NCBI GenBank assembly: GCA_051942245.1
Contig: JAVECL010000003.1
Span: forward strand, 1 to 64,000
Direction of reading: 5' to 3'
Length of the DNA stretch: 64,000 nucleotides
Origin: Trypethelium eluteriae
Lineage: Eukaryota
A model generated the notes under the pieces. The model made no database searches and was not told where the DNA came from. It saw only the letters and a list, made by a program, of their open reading frames with translations. This document shows, one piece after another, positions 25,042 to 34,826 of this stretch (its first letter is position 1; each line of letters starts with the position of its first letter). The position numbers and the translations under genes are program-made.

Positions 25042-25701
25042 TTATCGGCTCTGGTTTATAGTCCAGCTAGATCTTCGATCATGTTGCGAACCCTTTATGT
25101 GCCTTTGCTCGCCATCGATGATTGTGTCTCGTCCTACTGTTCCCCTCCGACTTCTAGTATTCTCCCAGGCCTCTTCATCTCCTGTTGACCCATCGCATAG
25201 CTCTTCAGTATTTTTAGGCAATGAGCTTATGTTTTTTTCGTACTCGATATCCTGAGAAAAGTTTCCAATTGAGTCCTCAGATCCTGGGTCCTCATCCTGG
25301 GTGTTCTTCTCGTGACATTCAGTAGTTTGGACCTGAACCTGTCCGAAAGATTGAATTCTCCCTTGTGAGCTTTTGATCAACTCTCCTTCGATGATCTGGA
25401 ACTTCCTTGGATTGACGTTATTCGCGTTGTCGGAAGTGCCTGTATAAGATGACCTTCTCCGAACAATCGGCTGTTTTTCTGATGCTCCGACCATACCCTC
25501 ACTTTGTCGACGAGACGTTCTTAACTTGAAGTTTCGCCGACTCAGGAGGAAATCGGCAATGTAAGTAGACGATTCCGGACCAGGGGTTCCACTCAGACGG
25601 ATGTTCTTGTAGTGCCTGATACTTCGGCAGTCGGGACAGCTGATCAGAGACTCTGGAAGACGAGATTTGGCCTCCTGGCATTTGAAGCAATACCATACCA
25701 T
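25042..25701 (-). CDS. Hypothetical protein with an N-terminal CxxC-x13-CxxC putative zinc ribbon
   Basis: ATG 25701 gives MVWYCFKCQEAKSRLPESLISCPDCR, then about 190 aa of charged, disordered sequence in an open frame. Confidence 0.5.
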   Translation of the reverse strand: MVWYCFKCQEAKSRLPESLISCPDCRSIRHYKNIRLSGTPGPESSTYIADFLLSRRNFKLRTSRRQSEGMVGASEKQPIVRRRSSYTGTSDNANNVNPRKFQIIEGELIKSSQGRIQSFGQVQVQTTECHEKNTQDEDPGSEDSIGNFSQDIEYEKNISSLPKNTEELCDGSTGDEEAWENTRSRRGTVGRDTIIDGEQRHIKGSQHDRRSSWTINQSR

Positions 25702-26576
25702 GGTGATCCCGGAACGAGTGGTGTTGTATGCAAAGCGCAGTAAGTTGTGGCGGGGAGGAAGTGAATGATTCGTGCGCAGATGGCAGAACAAGAACAAACA
25801 ACAGATTCGTTAGTTATGGAAGAATGGCAGAGTCGAAGTTTGTTGAAGGAAAATAACCATCCAGAGCCGAGATAATTCGTGATTTATGAGGAAAGGAGGA
25901 ACAGAGTGATAATCTAAGGGAAAGGTTTTGCCGGTCCATGGATGTGGCGCCTTGCTAGATAAACTGAAACGTATAATATGAATGTCAAACTCACAATGAA
26001 CATGCAGAATGGATGACGAATCATTGCGAGGCAGCATTCACCAAAACGCTGCTATAGTAAGGTAACCGCTCTGAATCTGAGCAACACCTGACCATTGACT
26101 GGCACGTCATACGAAACATAGGGTCATGGAAGTCAATTCCAATCGATGGCTTGAATTAACAACACCCATGTATCGCGAATTGCCGTCGGAGCATCGTCAA
26201 CTTCCATGGAGCAAATCAATTCCTAAAGCGTCGAGACACGATTCACTGACAAAACTGAATCCTAGATCTTTTGCAGTTGTGGTATAAGATGATGAAGGTA
26301 CTTAGAGTCATGTGCATCAAAGAGCCTTGGGGATATCAATGAATTTTTCGACGCCCATAATGCGGATGACAGCAAATAAAAAAGCAATGTAAACATCATG
26401 AGTAAAAGAGATATCTGTGAAACCATAGGTTGCCATTTGCAATGCCATCTAGTTAGATGCCCTTACCAGAATTATGAAAAGCCGTGCAGGGGCATGATAG
26501 CACTTTACTGCAGGCTATGCTCGTCCCTCATCCGCTGATTCATGCTAGTGGATTCAAATCAAGCCGAGCAATCAGC

Positions 26577-29105
26577 TCAGTATTTCTGTAGAACGCCCTT
26601 CACGACACCCTTCAAGACGACATGCCCTGGAACAGCCACTTCCTGGATGTTACTCTGTCCCGACGCGCCTTGCTCCAACCACTTCTTCAACAAGTCGTTG
26701 CTTTCTTTCGGCTTAATACTCTGGTCCGCCGTTCCAGCCGTAATATGCGCGACCGAATTCACTGTCCTGAATCCCTCTTCTCCCAACGCTGCCAGCCCGC
26801 CACCCTCTTCGTTCGCGCTAGCAGTTTTCTGCGATTCGTTGATGAGACGCACGACAAAGCACATGACACGGTTGTCGAAGACGACGCGCTCGAGCTGGAC
26901 ACCGCAGGTACCAAGATCAGGCTCGGACCAGGATGATTGAGCTTCATTCTCCTTTTTGCTGAGTTCGCGTTGGAATACGGTGTCGTGGAGAGCGAGGAGC
27001 TTGTTCCAGTATGCCGATTCTTGTGAAGCGTTGGCACGATGGATCAAAGTAACGTGGAATTCAGGTTGGATGCGCCGTGAATTGTGAAGCTGTCGATAAA
27101 AACGGGAGATCTCGGGAGGTTTATCACGGAAGACGGCGTCGAGGATGCGTTGAACCTCTGGAGTCGGGACGCGAAGGGAGAAGTATTCGAGCTTCGGTGG
27201 TTTCTTCTGATGTGTGCTAGATGCAGCAGCGGTACCGTTGGACTGGTGCTGAGCAGTGTTCTGTTTTGCTTTGTACTTGCCAGAGCCACCCTTAATCTCA
27301 TGTTTAATATCTGGCGAATACTCGTTCAAGGCAAACTCGATGGCTTTATCCAGATCCTCCCCAGTCGGCATGTCACCAAAAAGTTCGGGAAATTCGGAAT
27401 TCAGTTGTGCAACGATGGTCTCCAGGTTTTCACGAGAGCTAGAGGTCACGTCGAGATCGATCACTTGGTCAAAGGTGCTGTCTGGCTGCTGCTCGATATC
27501 GCAAGGCTCAAAACGGTGCAAAAAGCCCTCCATGATTCCGACAATCTCCTCCTGGGTTTTGGAACCAGCTTGAATTGTCTGATGATTATCGCCGCGGTTC
27601 AGAACCCGCTCTCTCATCGCAGACCGAATTTGATCGAAGTCCGAAGGGTCATGTCTCCAGTGAAGGGCAACATAGTGAGCATCTGGAAGAATTTTTGATA
27701 CGCCATCAAATAGATCTCTCCGCTCACGGCGTTGATGGTTGTTCTTGTCAGCAATAACAACTGGATGTGCAGCAAGCAACTTGCAGATGCCTTGGGAGAA
27801 CTGAAGCATCTTCTGTTTGCCTTGAATGTTGTCATTTTGGATATGACCCCATTCGAACAACTCTACAAGTGCGAGTGCGACTGTCGTTTTGCCACAGCCA
27901 ATCGTAGCTATTGGAACCAAAACAACATTTCTTGTCACCTGCTGGTTTCCAACGACTTCGCCCCCTTCAAGTTCTTGCCGGATGATGTCGGAGCCTTTGA
28001 GTCCACGCTCGCGGAGGAAAGCATCACGCATTTTGATGATACCGTGATTCTGATTATACAGCTTCCCTATGCTTGGATCCTTCGCGAGTTGGTGTCGCGC
28101 ATAGAGAAGGTATTCTTCCGTAATCTTTTTGTGCTTGTTGAATTTTGGAGGCTTTCCAGAGATGACGGCCTTAGTACATTCACGCCATTGCCTATACATC
28201 AGATAGGGCTCGTCGAATTTGTATTTGAAAAACCAGTCTTGCCAAGGGCTATCCCTTGTATCTCTTGCCCGACAACGGATTACGAATCCCTCTGTTTCAC
28301 GGCCGGCATAAGATCCTGTCTCCGCGACGCCGTCGAGGAAGCCCTTGACCTTTGTGATGTCTTCTTCCATAACGTACATTGTTTTCTTCATCCCCCACTC
28401 TGTTGCAAATCTATTGACGAGATGCCCAGGATAAGTAACGAACTCAGGTAGGTTAAGGTTGATGCCATGGAGATAGAGGCCAGCACTCTCAGGATTGTAA
28501 GCTAGAACGTGTTCCTCAAACGCGTCATCACAAAGCTCTGCAACAGCGGTAGCGTTCATGTCACGGAGTGTCCTTGAAAGCTGTTCTCGTGTTTTGCCAG
28601 CACTCTGCAAATGTTTGTCTATCCATCGCTCACCGGCTTGGGCATGGCTCAGGTCCTGATCGCCTCTCGATCCCGTAGAGTGTTTACTGCAGACTAGCAA
28701 GGATCCATCCTCGAGTCCCGAGATAAATATGATGCATCCATTTTCTTTTACACTGAGCTCGTATGGGCCCTGGGTATTCTGTTCAACGTTCCTCCACTCT
28801 GTCTTCCGGACTTCTCCATGATTAAAGAACTTGTCGTATCCTCTGGCCACAATCTCTGGGGTTCCTTTGCTTGTCCGACTCGTGAACAAGCCCCGAGCAT
28901 AGGTGGGGAGATTTGGTTTTTTGTAGTCCCAGTCTTGTATCCGCCACGAGTCGACTTTCTGTCCATTGGGAAGCTCGAAGGTGGCCTTTTTGGCGGTAAA
29001 GCCGCCCTTTTCACCCTTCTTTTTATGAGCTTCCAGGCCCCGTAGCATCTCGGCGACTTCGTGAACATCCTGTGCGTAATATGGAGCTTGCTCTCGGTGA
29101 GCCAT
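26577..29105 (-). CDS. TRL1: Fungal tRNA ligase (adenylyltransferase-kinase-cyclic phosphodiesterase)
   Basis: ARGLF, RGYDKFFN, KENGC, CSKHS, EGFVIR and FFKYK ligase motifs; kinase P-loop ATIGCGKTT; phosphodiesterase HxT motifs FHVTL and AHITA; 842-aa intronless ORF. Confidence 0.97.
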   Translation of the reverse strand: MAHREQAPYYAQDVHEVAEMLRGLEAHKKKGEKGGFTAKKATFELPNGQKVDSWRIQDWDYKKPNLPTYARGLFTSRTSKGTPEIVARGYDKFFNHGEVRKTEWRNVEQNTQGPYELSVKENGCIIFISGLEDGSLLVCSKHSTGSRGDQDLSHAQAGERWIDKHLQSAGKTREQLSRTLRDMNATAVAELCDDAFEEHVLAYNPESAGLYLHGINLNLPEFVTYPGHLVNRFATEWGMKKTMYVMEEDITKVKGFLDGVAETGSYAGRETEGFVIRCRARDTRDSPWQDWFFKYKFDEPYLMYRQWRECTKAVISGKPPKFNKHKKITEEYLLYARHQLAKDPSIGKLYNQNHGIIKMRDAFLRERGLKGSDIIRQELEGGEVVGNQQVTRNVVLVPIATIGCGKTTVALALVELFEWGHIQNDNIQGKQKMLQFSQGICKLLAAHPVVIADKNNHQRRERRDLFDGVSKILPDAHYVALHWRHDPSDFDQIRSAMRERVLNRGDNHQTIQAGSKTQEEIVGIMEGFLHRFEPCDIEQQPDSTFDQVIDLDVTSSSRENLETIVAQLNSEFPELFGDMPTGEDLDKAIEFALNEYSPDIKHEIKGGSGKYKAKQNTAQHQSNGTAAASSTHQKKPPKLEYFSLRVPTPEVQRILDAVFRDKPPEISRFYRQLHNSRRIQPEFHVTLIHRANASQESAYWNKLLALHDTVFQRELSKKENEAQSSWSEPDLGTCGVQLERVVFDNRVMCFVVRLINESQKTASANEEGGGLAALGEEGFRTVNSVAHITAGTADQSIKPKESNDLLKKWLEQGASGQSNIQEVAVPGHVVLKGVVKGVLQKY

Positions 29106-29487
29106 GTTGGCTTATTGGGATCTTTTTCCTGCTGGTTTATAGGGTTTCCAAACGACTTCAAGCGGTTGAGTAAAGGGTCGATGAAGTTCGGGGAATTGAC
29201 AAAGGGCTCTGGCAGGGTGGACGAAGAGGAGTGTGAAAAGAATGGAGTGCCATATGTCACATATTTCAGGTAGGCAGCCACCTAGGTAAGGCAGGTAATT
29301 GTGACTCAAGTAGGTCGTTAATGGTGACTCTTCGGGCAAGTGCTGAAATTCGTCTGAAAACACTCAGGTAGGCCCCACTATTGCGGAGTACTCTGCGGTA
29401 TGTTGCCTTTCTCACCCTGGCACTGCCCCGCCATTGCGGGTTCTCACAACACCTGCCGAATTCTATCCTGCAATTCCTCCGCAGACA

Positions 29488-30222
29488 ATGGCGTCCACTC
29501 CATCTGCTCCTTCAATCGATCTTCTGCTCAATCTTGTTCCCGATAGCCCGCAAGCCGTCCTTGTCTCCCTCTCGCAGCATCCCTCCCTTGCAAGCAAAAA
29601 GGACAACGCCGGTTACTCCTTACTCCATGCCGCTATATCCTACTCCAAGCTTGATCTCGCCCGCGCACTCGTGCATAGCTACAATGTAAATGCTGACATT
29701 ATTGACAACGATGAAGAGACCTGTTTGTTTGGTGCTGAAGATGTGGAGGCTGCGAAGTGCGCAGTGGAAGAGCTCGGGACAAGTGTGGGATGGCTCAATT
29801 ATGGGGAAAGGAAGACGGCGGACGAGAAGATTGAAGAAGACGGAGAGTTCCCGGATGTGGCTGCATATCTGAGAAGTGTGAGAGAAAGATCTCTACAGGA
29901 GGATCTTCCACGCACAGGACAGGGTGGGCCAAGTGACAGGATAGCTACAAGTGAAACCGTTGACGCAGCATCCGGAAGTGAGGTACACCCTCCGCCACCA
30001 TTACCAGAAGGAGTAAAAATCAATGTCGGAACCATGGAAGAAGATACCGAGGAGACAAAAGAGCCAGACCCAGAGTTCAAGAGGCGAATCGAGGAACTAG
30101 CCGCAAGAAATGATTTCCAAAGCGAGGAAGGCCAAAGGGAGTTGAGAACCTTAGTTACCGATGCAGTGTCTGGGCTGGCGAGGGATAGCAATGCTAGAAA
30201 TACAAGGCCTAGGACTGAATAG
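29488..30222 (+). CDS. Small ankyrin-repeat protein (YCR051W-like)
   Basis: KDNAGYSLLHAAISYSKLDLARALV and DNDEETCLF ankyrin motifs; C-terminal DPEFKRRIEELA and ELRTLVTDAV. Confidence 0.8.
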   Translation: MASTPSAPSIDLLLNLVPDSPQAVLVSLSQHPSLASKKDNAGYSLLHAAISYSKLDLARALVHSYNVNADIIDNDEETCLFGAEDVEAAKCAVEELGTSVGWLNYGERKTADEKIEEDGEFPDVAAYLRSVRERSLQEDLPRTGQGGPSDRIATSETVDAASGSEVHPPPPLPEGVKINVGTMEEDTEETKEPDPEFKRRIEELAARNDFQSEEGQRELRTLVTDAVSGLARDSNARNTRPRTE

Positions 30223-30554
30223 AGGCCTGATGGCATCGTTTAGCACTGGGTCTACCGCCACAACTTTTCTTCAGCGCGCTACGAATGGAAGATTAGAAAC
30301 GGGATGATACCGCAGTATGACAGTATTCTAAAAGCTTGAACACATGCTTGTGTAAGTTAAGTGCATTAAAGACGTTATATATACACAAATCTAGGAAGAA
30401 GTCTAACAGTATTAGAGAAGCGAAAATTCATGTACAGATACAAGAAGAATTAAGGAGAGTTCTCCCAAGCGGCAAATAGCGCATCACTATACGCGTCGGC
30501 CAGTTGAACGCCGAACCAACTCAAACATTACAGCATGTGGCGTAGCATGTTCGG

Positions 30555-31849
30555 TCAAACAGCAACCGGAGGCTGATGACCAACTAATAGGGATCTTTCG
30601 AAATGAGCCCCATGCTCCTTGCAGCTCCTGTCCAATGGTCCAAGATGTTCGTCATGGAGGCTTGAGAAGCTGTTTGTTCTTGAAGGAGGAACTTGCAGTT
30701 CGTTGCCTTCTAGTGCCTTGTGATTCTTGCCATCGCGGCCGTCGCTCGGCCACAAGGCAGCTGAAAGTCTGCGAATAACGCTTCTGCCTTCACTCTTCTC
30801 TGAAGGATCAGAGGGAGGGGACGGAGGAGCACTAGGCTCGAAAGGGTTCTTTCTGAAGCTGTCGGCTGTTAGCAAGACTCGATTCCGAAACAATCTGCAA
30901 ATACTTACGGTGAGTTTGGAACGTCAGGGCAGCCCTGGTACTCTTCCTCAGCTGGTGGCGTACCAGGAATCACGTTGAGTGTCAGGTGGGGAGCAATTCG
31001 AGCTGCTGCTGGAGTTGATGGCATTGTCGTAGGATTCGATAGCGATATCGAGGCTCTGAGAGCCGAAGGAGAGCGAGCAGCTTTGGTAGGTGAAGCTGAT
31101 GGAGTCCCATGATTTGTCACTGCATGTTGTGGATTGATTGAAACCGCATTTGAGAAACGTCTAAATACTCCTTTGGCGTACGAAGACGCTGTTGTGGGGG
31201 GAATCCGCTCCTCGTTTGGAGCATTGGGATCTGATGTCATGAGACTGAAAACACCCTTGAGAGCACTGATGCCGGATACAACAGCGTTTTTGACCACATT
31301 ATACGAGTCTTCGAGACCAATCAAGTCATCCATGGAATACTCCACGTCATTAATCTTCAGAAGGCAGACCTCAATTGCATCCGCGATCAACGTAGTGCCA
31401 GTAATCCAGACGTGAGCAACGGCATCGCGTGAGGCAGGAGGCTGCTGTTCGATCACCGCGATGGCTGAATTAGTCATCTTGTCGATAGCGGATTCGACCG
31501 TTTGCTTCTGCTGGGAAATATCCACACGGATGCTCGCCCTCTTGGCCTGGAAATCCTCCTCATTGGCGATTATTTCTTTGGCCCTATCATATATGTTCTT
31601 GAAGACGTCTTGGTGGCAATACGCGATGCCTGCGTTCAAGTTGTCAATGGTCGAGATGACAAAATCAGCTTCGTCACCCGCAGCAGCGGTCAAGGTTGCC
31701 ACATAATCTGTTCCTTCAAAGAAAGCCTGAGCTTGTAGGGCTTTGAAGAAGGTGAAGTCTCCAGTACGGCTTGCAGAGTGGAGGTTCTGCCTAATCAATG
31801 CAACTCTCTGCGTCCATTGCAGCTTTTTGGCGGTTACAACAACTGTCAT
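30555..31849 (-). CDS. Hypothetical protein, helical N-terminal domain with Ser/Pro-rich tail, 2 exons
   Basis: Long ORF from ATG 31849 (MTVVVTAKKLQW); GTAAGT intron from about 30910 with GCTAAC branch point; joins in frame to PFRKNPF. Confidence 0.75.
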
Positions 31850-32962
31850 GGTGAATGGCTGTGGCTTGAATATGTACAATCGAAAAAGGTAAACTTGAGC
31901 GAAATGATACAAAGTCAGGGGAAAGAGTGGTGAACCTCACCGCAAGATTCCAAATGATACCCATCTTATACACTGTCCATCGTCTCTAGCAGGCTTGCCG
32001 CAAGATGAGTGGCGCCGATAGGATCAAATTCTTTTGTTGCACACGAGAAGTTCGTAACGACTTGTCGTGGTTTTATTTGAACTCTTGCCCACCTTGTCTG
32101 CTTTCATCTGGGATGCCGCGTCTGCTTTCCCTACACGAAAGCCACGTTTCTTTCCTCATTCCGGATGCAGGCTTCACTAACATCCATACTTCTCGCGTGG
32201 AAAGGTCCGACTACGCCGTGTTCCAAGCCGAGTGTGTCCGAGGGTACCGTCGTTCTGGAATGTTTCTTGGAACCCGGTTAAGGTTGTAAGGAATCTAGGG
32301 TCCATCAAAGAAGAACACAATCAAGTTTCGGCGATCACCTACTACTCGTTGTATTGTACCCAAACCGCAGGTCCAAGAGATTGCGTAGGCTATTCCGTCG
32401 ATGTGGATCGTCCAATTAGCAACGTTTCAGGCTTCACACCGGAAGCTTATCAAAATTTGACTGCTTTAGCAACGTCCGCTACACAAGGAAGCTAGCAATC
32501 AAGAAATGAGGTGTATGTGAGTGCCTTTTCGTTGTTTGCTCTCGGGCTGCGTCCTTTGTACCCAGCTTGCGGCCTAGAGACAGCCAGCAAATATTAGATG
32601 TCTTTGGCTGGCGCGCCGTACAATCATCTAATGCTGATCAAAAGTTTCGAGGAGATCATTACACTGCTCTGACTTGACCTCATGTGAGCAAGGGGAGACT
32701 ATACTGAAAAGGAATGAGTCTTAATGAGGTTGGGCGCGAAAATGTGTCCAATGAATGTTTTCGCCGTCAAATATCGCTAGATTGTTCTATTGGAAAGGCG
32801 AGCGTGGCAAGTAACGCCACACTCTAAGCATGACAGAAGCTTGCGCATTGAGGTTCTCGTAATGATTCGGTTAGCATTACTGCGATCTTGTGTAAACGGT
32901 GAAACACGTGCGGAAGTTAATGTCGAAATCATCGTTCCTTACCAGCTTTGAGCTGAATCATC

Positions 32963-34363
32963 TCATGCAGACGTACCTACGGCAAGCCCATCTCTTTTCC
33001 ATACCTTTCCGTCCTTCATCACAAAGTCAACCTTCCTCAGCACTCCTACATCCTCCCTCAAATCCCCTTCCAATGCCACGATATCGGCAGCGACACCTTT
33101 CTCGAACCATCCAAATTTTCTGCCACACCAGGTACTCCCACAAGCCTCCCATCCTCTTACTGTCGCTGCTACTAGTACTTCTTCCAACGGCAAACCAGCC
33201 TTCAACATGAGCTCTAGCTCCCTTACGTTTTCTCCGTGGGCGAATGGACCTGTATCACCTCCAGTCGCCAATTTGACTCCCGCCTCGTATGCTGTTTTAG
33301 TGTAGCTCAGCATTCTGTCCGTCAATCCAAAGAGTTCCATCACTGCGAGGGTCGGGACGTAAATCGTCCCGTTCTTTTTCATTGCTTCAATCGCATCTTC
33401 CCCTGCCTCGTTCCCATGCTCTACTGTAGTTACTCCTGCCTCCGCAGCTTTCACAACACTCTCCGAAAGTCCGCAATGAGCTGCAATAGGCGCCTTGCTT
33501 ATTCTAGCTTCCCTGACCATGGCAACCATTTCATCTGCTTCAAAGAGCGGCACATTCGGATTCCTGTCTATGGTTTCCCCCGCATTTGGTGGAAATTGGA
33601 TCTCCTTCGCCCCTTTCCAGGCCGGCGGCGGAAAACGCAACTGTCGTTTCCGGTAATCGCCGTAGAACTTTATTACATCGGCGCCTGCGCCAATACGTCT
33701 TCTCACGGCAGTTCTGACTGCGACAGGCCCATCGGCCGGATCGGAGATGCGAGGTACGGTGGTACCACCGAGATGGTTTTCCTGCCTGGTTTCATAGCCA
33801 CCAGAGCTGGCAATGGCTTCTGTGGCAACGAACAGACGTGGTCCCGGGATGAGTCCTCTGTTCACTGCATCACGCAGACCAATGTCTGCATCAGACACAC
33901 CCTCCGTACCCAAGTCTCGGTACGTTGTGTAGCCTGCCAGCAGTGCCGCCCGAAGATGATTCGTTGCTCTAATTATTCTCTCTACCATGGACTCGTCTCT
34001 CATTTGATTCAGTGAGGGCGTCTCTGCATACGGGTGGAGGAATATGTGCGTGTGAGCGTCAACGAGACCGGGTAGGACGGTAAGGTGTCGAAGATCAATA
34101 TCTCGAGTGAAGTCATGGTTGGAGGGTAAAGAGGACGATGTGCGCTCATAAACTTCGGTAATGAGACCTGTAGTGCGATCGACAGTGAGGGAGATGTTGT
34201 GCAAGAACTGTTTTCTTTGGGGGTCGAAAAGGAGACTGGTGTGTACCGAGAAGGAATCAAAGGCAACGTGTGGATGTGCCACCTCCTTCAAAGTCATGTT
34301 TGCACAGAAATGTACGGAGTACTTCGCGGCCGATGACATAGTGACGGGGCCAGTGCGAGCCAT
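32963..34363 (-). CDS. Metal-dependent amidohydrolase (Xaa-Pro dipeptidase-like subfamily)
   Basis: PGLVDAHTH, AGYTTYRDLG, GADVIKFY, IAAH, TTVEHG, TGGDTG and ADIVAL motifs. Confidence 0.92.
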   Translation of the reverse strand: MARTGPVTMSSAAKYSVHFCANMTLKEVAHPHVAFDSFSVHTSLLFDPQRKQFLHNISLTVDRTTGLITEVYERTSSSLPSNHDFTRDIDLRHLTVLPGLVDAHTHIFLHPYAETPSLNQMRDESMVERIIRATNHLRAALLAGYTTYRDLGTEGVSDADIGLRDAVNRGLIPGPRLFVATEAIASSGGYETRQENHLGGTTVPRISDPADGPVAVRTAVRRRIGAGADVIKFYGDYRKRQLRFPPPAWKGAKEIQFPPNAGETIDRNPNVPLFEADEMVAMVREARISKAPIAAHCGLSESVVKAAEAGVTTVEHGNEAGEDAIEAMKKNGTIYVPTLAVMELFGLTDRMLSYTKTAYEAGVKLATGGDTGPFAHGENVRELELMLKAGLPLEEVLVAATVRGWEACGSTWCGRKFGWFEKGVAADIVALEGDLREDVGVLRKVDFVMKDGKVWKRDGLAVGTSA

Positions 34364-34826
34364 TTATCACATGCCATCCCTGTCGCCGACATAATCCATA
34401 ACGAGACAGTACTGCCGATTATCCTCAAAATATCGTTACTTTGCAAGAAAATCCTAATAGCAGATGGACGAATACCTATCTATAGCTACTCCCGTCAATT
34501 TCAAAGTATAAAAAGTTTCCATCGATGCTTCCACTATGGTAGATTCTTTTATCCCACGCTCTTCAACACGCTTTCATTACTTAATGCTATCGTTGCTGCG
34601 CCAATGGTTCACGTACTTCAAGCTTTCTGTTCATCTGGAACACCTTTTTCCTATTATGGAAAAAGGAGTATGCCTACCTACTTTCCTCGTTAAGACCAGC
34701 ACCCCAGGTTCACCAAGCCTCTCAAAGCCTAACGCGCAATCATGTGATAGCGCGCTATTCATCCCTGACGCTCGGGGAGGATCCCCTGCATCTGCGTCAT
34801 AGATCTAAGATCGGACGAGATCCGTA

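Noticed and set aside
27084..28451. Long plus-strand ORFs (204 and 239 aa)
   Set aside because: Antisense to TRL1; explained by codon bias
28748..29281. Out-of-frame ORF overlapping the TRL1 start, considered as a regulatory upstream ORF
   Set aside because: Begins at GTG, not ATG; no further support
33236..34015. 259-aa plus-strand ORF
   Set aside because: Antisense to the amidohydrolase; no protein-like features
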